This document shows, piece after piece, positions 10,509-20,579 of a stretch of 32,000 nucleotides of DNA. The DNA is taken from contig CAKQHZ010000003.1 of assembly GCA_934246625.1 (NCBI GenBank), positions 38,393-70,392 of the forward strand. Direction: 5' to 3'. How positions within the stretch are numbered: the stretch's first letter is position 1; every line of letters begins with the position of its first letter. The stretch is from an uncultured Alphaproteobacteria bacterium. Its GTDB lineage: Bacteria; Pseudomonadota; Alphaproteobacteria; Rs-D84; CACZYB01. The notes under the pieces are model-generated. The model ran no database searches. It was not told the DNA's origin and worked only from the letters and a program-made list of their open reading frames with translations. The position numbers and the translations under genes were made by a program.

Positions 10509-10676
10509 ATAAACCATAGACATTGAGAATAAGAAACAAACAACTCTTTGAAAGACTGATTACCTTTAAAGGGATTTTTTATTTTTATAAAAACTTTGAT
10601 TTATTTTGTTTTATCTATTGAAAAAAAGGATATTCACTATTATATATTACTTTGTAATAAATCTATGGAGGTAATT

Positions 10677-10967
10677 ATGAATTTTAAACCATTATTTAAT
10701 AATATTCTTATTGAAAGAGTTGATGAAGAAACAACTACAAAGGGCGGAATTATTATTCCTGATACTGCAAAGGAAAAACCTTCTCGCGGTCGTGTCCTTG
10801 CCGTTGGTGAAGGTGCAACTCTTGAAAACGGAACAAAACAACCTATGTCAGTAAAGGTTGGTGATGTAGTTCTTTTCTCTAAATGGGGTGGAACTGAAAT
10901 TAAACTTGATGGTAAAGATAGAGTTATTATGAAAGAAACTGATGTTTTAGGCATCATTGAAGAATAA
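10677..10967 (+). CDS. groES: Co-chaperonin GroES
   Basis: MNFKPLFNNILIERVDEETTTKGGIIIPDTAKEKP with a GGAGG RBS. The track's start at 10596 is an unsupported N-terminal extension. Confidence 0.95.
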   Translation: MNFKPLFNNILIERVDEETTTKGGIIIPDTAKEKPSRGRVLAVGEGATLENGTKQPMSVKVGDVVLFSKWGGTEIKLDGKDRVIMKETDVLGIIEE

Positions 10968-10976
10968 GGAGAATAA

Positions 10977-12632
<1,656 letters not shown>

Positions 12633-12658
12633 AAAACTTCTTTATAAATCAAAAGAAA

Positions 12659-12685
12659 GGGCATTTGAAAAAATGCTCTTTTTTA
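12659..12685 (+). terminator. Rho-independent terminator of groESL
   Basis: GGGCATTT-gaaa-AAATGCTC stem with a GNRA loop, followed by T7. Confidence 0.8.
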
Positions 12686-12714
12686 TTGACAAAACTTATT
12701 ATTTTTTGTATTAT
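12686..12714 (+). promoter_or_regulatory. Sigma70-like promoter TTGACA-N17-TATTAT
   Basis: Consensus -35 hexamer immediately after the groEL terminator, ~30 nt upstream of the 163-aa ORF. Confidence 0.55.
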
Positions 12715-12745
12715 ATATCCAATATAAGTAAAAGGAGGTAATCCG

Positions 12746-13237
12746 ATGAAAAGAGTTCCCGATAAAAAAGTAAAAAGAGGTTTAACACTTTCTAAAGTTT
12801 CTCTTTTAGGTTTAGAACAAAAGGATTTTACTGATTTCTTATATTCCTATGGCGAATTCAATAAAAATGTTTCTATAAACGAAATTTCCACACTTAACAA
12901 ATTCAAACATATTACTGAAAAAGGGGCTTTGCTTGGCTTAAATACAGAAGAAAAAGGAGAAGAAACCTTAATTTTCGGTGGTGGTGATTATTCTGTGAAC
13001 TTAATATATGCAAAATGTTTAAGTTATGATTCCAAACTTGCTTCTTCACATCTTGTTGAATCAGTAGAAGAAGATGCAAAATTTGATAAACATATTTCTG
13101 TAGAAGAAAAAATTTTCAATGAACAACTTATAAACTTATCAAAGGATTTAAAGGATTCAAATCATTGTTATGGTGTGTTGTTCAGTAGTAATTCAATAAT
13201 CACAGTTTTATCAGGTATAAAACAAAATAAAAAATAA
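12746..13237 (+). CDS. Hypothetical cytoplasmic protein (163 aa), no recognised family
   Basis: Ideal RBS AAGGAGG 7 nt upstream of the ATG, plus its own promoter. No signal peptide or TM segment. Confidence 0.6.
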   Translation: MKRVPDKKVKRGLTLSKVSLLGLEQKDFTDFLYSYGEFNKNVSINEISTLNKFKHITEKGALLGLNTEEKGEETLIFGGGDYSVNLIYAKCLSYDSKLASSHLVESVEEDAKFDKHISVEEKIFNEQLINLSKDLKDSNHCYGVLFSSNSIITVLSGIKQNKK

Positions 13238-13300
13238 ACCCATTATACACATAATAGAGATTATGCGACAAACTACTTTATAAAATATAGGGAGATATTT

Positions 13301-13528
13301 ATGAAAAAGTCAGAACTTGAATATATAGATAACCTTTCAAGACAAATTCGAAATCAACTTAAAAACTTAACTGATGAGGAAGTTGCAAAGGGATTATCAG
13401 AATTACAATCTTTGACTGCACCATCAAGTGATGATATATTAAAAAAATCACTTTATAGTATGGAAAATAAAAATCGACAAATTATAGCTGAATATAAAAA
13501 CAAAAACTCTTCCAAAATTTTTGATTAA
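13301..13528 (+). CDS. Hypothetical small helical protein (75 aa)
   Basis: AGGGAGA RBS 5-6 nt upstream. The terminator hairpin begins 6 nt after the stop. Confidence 0.5.
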   Translation: MKKSELEYIDNLSRQIRNQLKNLTDEEVAKGLSELQSLTAPSSDDILKKSLYSMENKNRQIIAEYKNKNSSKIFD

Positions 13529-13557
13529 AAAATAACCTCCTAATGGAGGTTTTTATT
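13527..13557. terminator. Bidirectional terminator shared by the convergent 75-aa and 76-aa genes
   Basis: AACCTCC-taat-GGAGGTT stem flanked by an A-run and a T-run. Confidence 0.75.
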
Positions 13558-13788
13558 TTAGTGTAATTTTTGTATCAAATTGTATTTTAAAATTATTGTT
13601 TTTACATACTTATCAAAATCCTTATTATTTTCCTTTTGATATTTTTTTATTTTATTAAATGATTGTTGAGGTGTTAATTTATTTTTTGATACAAAATCAA
13701 CAAGTTCATCATATCTTGCCTTCATTTTTATTTCTAAATCCAAAGATTTTTCCTGTAAATGAATAATTCTTTTTTCAATAAGTTTCAT
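13558..13788 (-). CDS. Hypothetical small Lys-rich helical protein (76 aa)
   Basis: AAGGAG RBS upstream on the minus strand, with the terminator just after the stop. No family recognised. Confidence 0.5.
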   Translation of the reverse strand: MKLIEKRIIHLQEKSLDLEIKMKARYDELVDFVSKNKLTPQQSFNKIKKYQKENNKDFDKYVKTIILKYNLIQKLH

Positions 13789-13813
13789 ATTTTTCTCCTT
13801 TTTATAAATCTAT

Positions 13814-13837
13814 AAAAAAAGAGGCTATAAAGCCCCC
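13814..13837 (-). terminator. Rho-independent terminator of rpoZ
   Basis: Minus strand GGGGCT-ttat-AGCCTC stem followed by T7. Confidence 0.65.
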
Positions 13838-13858
13838 TATTTTAATTTTATATAAACT

Positions 13859-14221
13859 TTAAGCAATAGTTTTTAATTCTTCTTCAGAAACATTGTTTAA
13901 TTTTTCTGCATTTTCATCATCAAGAACTATATCGCTCATAATTTCTTTTTCAATAAATTCTAAGTCGTGATTTTCTTCACTATTTTCCTTATTTTGAACA
14001 TTGTTTCTGTATGTTAAAATTAAGTTATCACGTAAATTTTCAATATTTAATTTATCATCTGCAATTTCACGAAGAGCAACAACAGTATTTTTATCATTAT
14101 CCTTTTGAACAAAAGCAGGTGTTCCATTTTGAAGTTCTTTAGCTCTTTCAGCAGAAAGGACAACTAATTCAAATCTATCTTTAACTTTTTTCATACAATC
14201 TTGAACTGTAATTCTTGCCAT
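13859..14221 (-). CDS. rpoZ: DNA-directed RNA polymerase omega subunit with an acidic C-terminal extension
   Basis: [30 protein letters not shown] is a typical omega N-terminus. Confidence 0.9.
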   Translation of the reverse strand: MARITVQDCMKKVKDRFELVVLSAERAKELQNGTPAFVQKDNDKNTVVALREIADDKLNIENLRDNLILTYRNNVQNKENSEENHDLEFIEKEIMSDIVLDDENAEKLNNVSEEELKTIA

Positions 14222-14308
14222 TTTAAACTCCTTTTAATAAAACTATTGATATTTTATACACTAAATATATAATCTTATCAAGAGTTTTTTTTAATTTTAG
14301 GATATAAA

Positions 14309-15592
14309 ATGAATAACGATATAAAAATTATTACTTTTGGTTGCAGATTAAATATTTTTGAATCAGAAATTATAAAAAAAAGAATTGAAAATGCAAATAT
14401 TTCAGATGTAGTTGTTTTGCATACTTGTGCTATTACAGCCGAAGCAGAACGCCAAGCCAAACAACAATATCGTAAAATTGTAAAGGAAAACCCAACTGCA
14501 AAAATTATAATTACAGGTTGTTCTGCACAAAATTCAGTTGATTATTATAAAAAGCAACCTAACATTCTTGCAATACTTGGCAATCGTGAAAAATTGATAC
14601 AAAAATATTATGATGAAATTGCAAAGGATTTATCAAAGGCTCCATTTGTCTTTGTCGGTGAAGTCCTTAAAAACCCACCTGCTCTTATCGAAATAAAGTC
14701 AAAGGACGAACTTTTTAAATTTGATGGCAAAACAAAGGCTTTCGTTCAAATACAACAAGGTTGCAATAATCGTTGTTCTTTCTGCATTGTGCCATTTACA
14801 AGAGGTAAAAATCAAAGTTTCAGCGAACAAAGTATCCTTAACCAATGTAAGGGATTTATAAAAAAAGGATACAAGGAAATAATTTTAACTGGTGTTGATA
14901 TTTCCGCCTATGGAAGTGATACAAAGGATAAATCCTTGTTTTCAATCGTAAAGAAAATATTGGATAGCTTCCCTACCCTTAAAAGATTAAGATTGTCATC
15001 ACTTGACCCAGCCAAAAGCTATGACCAAATTATTGGATTGATGAAACTTGACAATCGTCTTATGCCACATTTTCATTTATCAATCCAAGCAGGTGATAAT
15101 AAAGTTTTAAAAGATATGCGAAGACGCCACAATCGTGATGACATAATAACCCTTTGTAAAAAAATACATAAGGCAAATAAAAATGCTGCCATTGGTGCAG
15201 ATATTATTGTGGGCTTTCCAGATGAAAGTGATGAAGAATTTAAAAATACTTATAAACTAGTAAAAAAATGTAAAATCACACATTTGCACGTATTTCCATA
15301 TTCTATTCGTGAAGGCACAAAGGCCGCAACAATGAAAAACCAAATTCCAGAACATATAAAAAAGGAACGTTCTTTGAAATTACGAACTTTGGGTGAAAAA
15401 TTAAAATATAAGTTTATCAAAAGTCAAAGAAGAAAAATTCATACAATCCTTGTTGAAAAGGATAATAAGGGCTATACCGAAAACTATATTTCAGTAAATA
15501 TTTTGGGTGAAAAAATTAAACCAAATACTATTGTAAAGGCAAAAATAGTAAAGGTTGAAAAGGATTGCACAGCCTTTGCTAAAATAGTTTAA
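14309..15592 (+). CDS. mtaB: MiaB-family radical-SAM methylthiotransferase, MtaB-like (tRNA t6A37 methylthiolation)
   Basis: N-terminal Cys triad (FGCRLN, HTCAIT, ITGC), radical-SAM CNNRCSFCIVP, and a C-terminal TRAM-like segment. The ~427-aa size fits MtaB rather than MiaB. Confidence 0.8.
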   Translation: MNNDIKIITFGCRLNIFESEIIKKRIENANISDVVVLHTCAITAEAERQAKQQYRKIVKENPTAKIIITGCSAQNSVDYYKKQPNILAILGNREKLIQKYYDEIAKDLSKAPFVFVGEVLKNPPALIEIKSKDELFKFDGKTKAFVQIQQGCNNRCSFCIVPFTRGKNQSFSEQSILNQCKGFIKKGYKEIILTGVDISAYGSDTKDKSLFSIVKKILDSFPTLKRLRLSSLDPAKSYDQIIGLMKLDNRLMPHFHLSIQAGDNKVLKDMRRRHNRDDIITLCKKIHKANKNAAIGADIIVGFPDESDEEFKNTYKLVKKCKITHLHVFPYSIREGTKAATMKNQIPEHIKKERSLKLRTLGEKLKYKFIKSQRRKIHTILVEKDNKGYTENYISVNILGEKIKPNTIVKAKIVKVEKDCTAFAKIV

Positions 15593-16323
15593 CCTATTGC
15601 TTTACCATCACAAAGTAAAGATTTCGCCCTGTCTGTATATTCTCCATTTTCCTTATGAAGAACTATTGGCGGATAAATGACCGAAGGAGATTTGTTTGAC
15701 TTTTTTGCACGAACAATAACTCTATTGGCTATTTCACCTTTTTTTGAATAAAGCAAAAATATTTCAATTTTACCCATATTTGCTTTTTTAAGTGAATATA
15801 TAATATCATCAAGCCTGTCTGCTTTATGTATAACAATAAATGTTCCTGTTGCATTTAATCGTTTTACCGAAGATAAAATCCAATCCTTTAAATCAATCCC
15901 TGTTTCATTATGAGCAATCGCCTTTATTTTATCAGAACAACTTTGTCCTGTATAATATGGTGGATTTGTTATAACTATATCAAAAGATTTTTCCTTAAAT
16001 TGCTTTGATGGATTTAAGATATTTTCATTGATTAGTTCAATCCTATCGTCAAATCCATTTTCAATACAACTTTGTTTTGCAAGCTCCAACATTTCATTTT
16101 GAATATCAATTCCAGTAATTTTTACATTTTTAAACCTATAAGCAGTGCAAAGGGAAATTCCACCACCCCCTACTCCAACGTCTAAAATAGTTGCTGATTT
16201 TTTAATAATCTTTTCATCAATAGCCGAAGCAACTAACACAGCATCACTTGAAACCTTTAATCCAGTTTCAAATTGCACTATTTTAACTTTACCATTAAGC
16301 AATGTATTTATTACTGTTTTCAT
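15589..16323 (-). CDS. Class I SAM-dependent methyltransferase with NPPY motif (TrmN6/YfiC-like N6-adenine type)
   Basis: SAM-binding motif ILDVGVGGGGISL and catalytic motif VITNPPYY. 244 aa. Confidence 0.7.
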   Translation of the reverse strand: MKTVINTLLNGKVKIVQFETGLKVSSDAVLVASAIDEKIIKKSATILDVGVGGGGISLCTAYRFKNVKITGIDIQNEMLELAKQSCIENGFDDRIELINENILNPSKQFKEKSFDIVITNPPYYTGQSCSDKIKAIAHNETGIDLKDWILSSVKRLNATGTFIVIHKADRLDDIIYSLKKANMGKIEIFLLYSKKGEIANRVIVRAKKSNKSPSVIYPPIVLHKENGEYTDRAKSLLCDGKAIG

Positions 16324-16392
16324 ATTCTTAAATCTTGCATTTATAACTTTTATATTATATCATAATAAATGATATTTATAAAGGAGAAAAAA

Positions 16393-17319
16393 GTGTTTGA
16401 AGATGGAAATATTTTTGAAAATAATAGCGATATAAACTTAATTACTGATGTTGAAACAAGTATGAATAATACAACTCAACAAAACGGTGATGAAACACTT
16501 CAAACATCTGAAATGACGACAACTCCATTAAAAGATGAAGTGATTACACCCGAAAATCAAACAAAGGAAAATGTTAAATCAACAGGTGTCTCAACCTATA
16601 TTTCTGTTCCTGATATAACAACAGAAAAGCAAATTTGCAATCTTAAAATGTTAACCGTTTGGGATAAAATAAATATGTGGACGGTCTTTCTTTCCATTGC
16701 AATATTGCTTATCTTTTTTGGGAAAGAAGGCTTTGAAAAATTGGCACAAAAAATAACAAAGGTATTAAAAAATTTTCAATTTATAATAAATATTTTGTTC
16801 TTTGCCTTAACTATAACTGTATTTTTATATCCAAAGTTTTTTAACAGCGGTATTTCTGGCAATATAAACATTTTTACAATGATTGAATTCGCATTATTTA
16901 TATTTCTAAATTCTGCAACAACAATATTTATTATTGAAAAGTTTTTGAAAAAGAAAAACTTTATTTTCAAGGATAAAAAAGTTTCATTTTCTGGCATATC
17001 ATTTTTAAAGAAAAGTTTATGGACCTTTACATTTACAAGTCTTTTATTTTTCTTTTTTACCGAAGCACAAATTGCATATATTCTATTATATATACTTACA
17101 AGTTTGACTTTAATAATTGTATTCAATCAACTTGATTATACAGGATTAAATTCAATCAAACATATATCTTATTTACTTTTAAGTATTCAACTTTTTTTAA
17201 TTGGAAGCCTTATTGGAATTTACACAATTTTAATACTTGGTGCAATTTTTACAGGCTATTATTTATCAAACACTGATGATAACAAAAAATTATCAAAGAC
17301 CATAAAGAATATTATCTAA
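16393..17319 (+). CDS. Polytopic membrane protein of unknown function: acidic T/N-rich N-terminal region plus ~6-7 TM helices
   Basis: The GTG at 16393 has an AAGGAG RBS 6 nt upstream. The in-frame ATG at 16369 used by the track has none. Hydrophobic segments include WTVFLSIAILLIFF, FIINILFFALTITVFLY and ISYLLLSIQLFLIGSLIGIY. Confidence 0.6.
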   Translation: MFEDGNIFENNSDINLITDVETSMNNTTQQNGDETLQTSEMTTTPLKDEVITPENQTKENVKSTGVSTYISVPDITTEKQICNLKMLTVWDKINMWTVFLSIAILLIFFGKEGFEKLAQKITKVLKNFQFIINILFFALTITVFLYPKFFNSGISGNINIFTMIEFALFIFLNSATTIFIIEKFLKKKNFIFKDKKVSFSGISFLKKSLWTFTFTSLLFFFFTEAQIAYILLYILTSLTLIIVFNQLDYTGLNSIKHISYLLLSIQLFLIGSLIGIYTILILGAIFTGYYLSNTDDNKKLSKTIKNII

Positions 17320-17328
17320 GGAGCAAAT

Positions 17329-18927
17329 ATGACATTTCCTAATATATCACCGATAGCATTTGAATTTCTTGGTTTCCCAATTCGTTGGTATGCTTTGGCA
17401 TATATCGCTGGATTTATATTGTCATTTTATCTTATAAAATATATGTTAAGACAATCAACAAATAATACTATATCATATAAGGATTTAGATGACCTTTTCA
17501 CTTATATGATTTTTGGTATAATCCTTGGTGGTCGATGTGGATATGTCCTTTTTTATAACTTTCAATATTATATATCAAAGCCATTAGAAATTTTTCAAAT
17601 TTGGCATGGTGGTATGTCATTTCATGGCGGACTTATCGGAAGTATAATTGCCATATATTTATGGTGCAAAAAATACAATCAACATTTCTTTTTTGTTGCC
17701 GATTTTTTAAGCATTTGCACACCAATAGGTTTATTTTTTGGTCGTATTGCAAACTTTATAAATGGAGAATTATATGGACGAATTACCACATCAAAATTTG
17801 GTATAGTATTCCCAAACACAAATGGACTTCCACGATACCCAAGCCAATTATTTGAGGCATTAAGTGAAGGACTACTCCTTTTCATACTCCTTTTTTCATT
17901 AAGAAATGTAAAAAAAATTCGAAATCGTTATGGGGTTCTTTCTGCTATATTCATAGGAGGTTATGCAATTTCAAGAATATCAATGGAAAACTTCCGTGAA
18001 CCAGATGCACAAATTGGGTTCCTTCCTTTTGGACTAACAATGGGACAACTTTTAACAATCCCTATGTTGATTTTTTCAATTACAGCAATCATATATTTGT
18101 TAAGAAAAAATGAAACCGAACAAACTTTCATTACCTCACCATTATTAAATAATACAAAATTTGTATATAATAGATTTTTTACTCGTAATGGTGGCGTTTC
18201 CACAGGTGTTTTTGAATCTTCCAATGCAAAATTTGAAACATCTGATGACTATGATAATGTAAAGAAAAATCGTGAAATTTTACTATCTTCTATTGGGCTT
18301 GATGCCAATACATCACTTATAACATTAAATCAAAAACATACAAACGAAGTAATAGTTGTAAATAAACATCACAGGCCAGTCAAAGATTATCTTTCAACCG
18401 AAGCCGATGGACTTTTATCCACAACACCCAATATTGCCATTGGAATTTTAACTGCGGATTGTGTCCCTGTTCTTTTGATTGATGAAGAACACAAAATTGT
18501 TGGAGCAATTCATTGCGGTTGGCAAGGTATTTATAAGGATATTATTAAAACAACTGCCTTAAAATTAAAGGCATTAGGTGCAAATTTATCAATGGTAAAG
18601 GTTGCTATTGGACCATGCTTAAAGCAAAAATCTTATGAAGTTGATTTTGACTTTATGGAAAAAATTGTTGCACAAAACAAATCTTATGAAAAACTTTTTA
18701 AACAAAAAAAGGATAATAAAAACAAATATCTTTTTGATTGCACAAAATATTGTATTGAAAAGCTAAAGACAGAAGGTTTTAAAAATATCGAAGTTCTTAA
18801 TTTTGATACTTATACACAAAAGGATTTATTTTTCAGCTATCGAAGAAGCATTATTACAAAGGATTTTGCAGAAACACCAACTGACGAAGGAAGAATCCTT
18901 TCCATAGTTGCATTGAAAAATGAATAA
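17329..18927 (+). CDS. lgt: Fusion protein: prolipoprotein diacylglyceryl transferase (Lgt, aa ~1-260) plus YfiH/PgeF DUF152 domain (aa ~270-532)
   Basis: Lgt motifs: IRWYALAYIAG, WHGGMSFHGG, GRIANFINGELYGR, PRYPSQLFEA. PgeF motifs: FFTRNGGVS, LNQKHTNEV, EADGL, TADCVPVLL, IHCGWQG, FFSYRR. It is one uninterrupted 532-aa ORF. Confidence 0.9.
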   Translation: MTFPNISPIAFEFLGFPIRWYALAYIAGFILSFYLIKYMLRQSTNNTISYKDLDDLFTYMIFGIILGGRCGYVLFYNFQYYISKPLEIFQIWHGGMSFHGGLIGSIIAIYLWCKKYNQHFFFVADFLSICTPIGLFFGRIANFINGELYGRITTSKFGIVFPNTNGLPRYPSQLFEALSEGLLLFILLFSLRNVKKIRNRYGVLSAIFIGGYAISRISMENFREPDAQIGFLPFGLTMGQLLTIPMLIFSITAIIYLLRKNETEQTFITSPLLNNTKFVYNRFFTRNGGVSTGVFESSNAKFETSDDYDNVKKNREILLSSIGLDANTSLITLNQKHTNEVIVVNKHHRPVKDYLSTEADGLLSTTPNIAIGILTADCVPVLLIDEEHKIVGAIHCGWQGIYKDIIKTTALKLKALGANLSMVKVAIGPCLKQKSYEVDFDFMEKIVAQNKSYEKLFKQKKDNKNKYLFDCTKYCIEKLKTEGFKNIEVLNFDTYTQKDLFFSYRRSIITKDFAETPTDEGRILSIVALKNE

Positions 18928-19599
18928 TTATTTTTGATTATCAAGTTTATCAGTATTAACAAATACTTTGATTTTACCTAAAAAAGTATAGGTATCATTT
19001 TGTTTAAAATTAAATCCTTCACCAAAAATTTTACCGAAATAAGTATTTGCCCTTATTGGTTTATTTCCAGTAATTTCATTTGTATTAAGATGGATTACAG
19101 CCTCATCTGTAAAAACTTCATTATTTTCATTATCAACTAAATAGATGTTATCATTAAACATCATTTCATTATCCTTTTTTACAAAGGTTCCATTATCACA
19201 AGTTAAATCAATCCAATCCGCATTTTTAAAAAACACTTTTGCATTGATTTTTGAAAAATACATTAAATTATCAACACGATTTTCTTTGAAATTTCCAATT
19301 TTAAGGGAAAACATCATACCATTATTGCCCTGTCCATAAAAAGAGCTGTTATCCATAGTAAATGAAATTTTATCAGCACTTTCCAATTTTGGAACATCAA
19401 TTTTAATACTTTTTATTTCATTAAGTTCAGGAGCAAGAATAATTATACCTAAAAATATTGCAACAATAGAAGGCAAAGCTATTTTAAGCAAAAAAACCAC
19501 CCTACTATGAGCAGTTTTTTGCTTATATATTTTTTTTATAGTTTTGCTATACGCTTTAACTTTTCGTTGAAATAAGCTTAGGTATTTCAATTTAAGCAA
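18928..19599 (-). CDS. lptC: LptC-like LPS export protein (N-terminal TM anchor plus beta-rich periplasmic domain)
   Basis: It lies directly downstream of kdsD with an 8-nt overlap. There is a single TM, VVFLLKIALPSIVAIFLGIIILA. TTG start. The call rests on context and architecture only. Confidence 0.6.
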   Translation of the reverse strand: MLKLKYLSLFQRKVKAYSKTIKKIYKQKTAHSRVVFLLKIALPSIVAIFLGIIILAPELNEIKSIKIDVPKLESADKISFTMDNSSFYGQGNNGMMFSLKIGNFKENRVDNLMYFSKINAKVFFKNADWIDLTCDNGTFVKKDNEMMFNDNIYLVDNENNEVFTDEAVIHLNTNEITGNKPIRANTYFGKIFGEGFNFKQNDTYTFLGKIKVFVNTDKLDNQK

Positions 19600-20566
19600 C
19601 CCCAGCTTTTAATAAATCATGGAATGAAATAATACCAACTGGTTTTTCATCATTATCAACGATAAACATTGTTTGAATTTTATTTTCATTCAATTTTAAC
19701 AATGCTTCTGATGCCAAAGTATTTGATGTAATAGTTTTAGGAGATTTTGACATAACTTCTTCTGCGGTTTTTGACATAATATTAACACCTTCGTGAAGTC
19801 TACGTCTTATATCACCATCGGTAAAGATACCACATATTTTGCCATTTTCATCAACGACACCAACACAACCAAATCTTACACGTCGTCCCATTACATCAAG
19901 TATTTCCATCATAGACGCATCTTTTTTAACAATAGGAAGTTCTGATGATGTGTGCATAAGTTCAGATACCTTTAAAAGAGAAGCCCCAAGTTTGCCATTT
20001 GGGTGCCAATTTCTATACATATCACCAGTCAATCCCTTCATATTTTCCAATACATAAATAAGAGCATTAGAAATCGCAGACAAAAGTATAATTGATGTAG
20101 TAGGAGCCTTTCCAATAACACAAGTTTCACATACATCAGGAATTGTAATATTTATATCAGCAACTTTACCAAGTGAACTTTCAGAATTATTACAAATTGC
20201 AATAAGTTTCAAACCAAAACGTTTTGCATAATCCACAACATTTTTCATTTCTTTTGTTTCACCACTATTTGACATAGCAATAATACAATCATTATCTTCA
20301 ATAATACCCATATCACCATGAGAAGCCTCTGCACAATGAAGAAAGAAAGATTTTGTTCCAGTAGATGCAAGTGTAGTAGCAAGTCGTCTTGCAACATAAC
20401 CTGATTTTCCCATACCTGTAACAATAACTTTACCCTTTAATTCATTTGCAATGTAATTAACTGCTTCAACAAAGCCATAAGGGAAAGTATCAATTAACTT
20501 ATTTAAAGCATCAATATCCTTATGTAAAACTTCTTTTGCTAAATCAATAATTTTTTCATTAACCAT
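19592..20566 (-). CDS. kdsD: Arabinose-5-phosphate isomerase (KpsF/GutQ/KdsD family; SIS domain plus two CBS domains)
   Basis: GKVIVTGMGKSGYVARRLATTLASTG and the tail GIISFHDLLKAG. The start at 20566 (MVNEK) has an AAGGAG RBS 6 nt upstream. The track's start at 20587 would overlap the upstream gene. Confidence 0.9.
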   Translation of the reverse strand: MVNEKIIDLAKEVLHKDIDALNKLIDTFPYGFVEAVNYIANELKGKVIVTGMGKSGYVARRLATTLASTGTKSFFLHCAEASHGDMGIIEDNDCIIAMSNSGETKEMKNVVDYAKRFGLKLIAICNNSESSLGKVADINITIPDVCETCVIGKAPTTSIILLSAISNALIYVLENMKGLTGDMYRNWHPNGKLGASLLKVSELMHTSSELPIVKKDASMMEILDVMGRRVRFGCVGVVDENGKICGIFTDGDIRRRLHEGVNIMSKTAEEVMSKSPKTITSNTLASEALLKLNENKIQTMFIVDNDEKPVGIISFHDLLKAGVA

Positions 20567-20579
20567 AGGAAACTCCTTT

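Noticed and set aside
10471-10676. CIRCE (HrcA operator) upstream of groES
   Set aside because: I looked for TTAGCACTC-N9-GAGTGCTAA on both strands and found no match or near match. Its absence is reported under findings rather than as a feature.
13859-14221. rpoZ followed by the 76-aa ORF as a possible truncated spoT/relA remnant
   Set aside because: The 76-aa sequence has no HD or synthetase motif and begins after a proper rpoZ terminator with its own RBS. Nothing supports a pseudogene interpretation.
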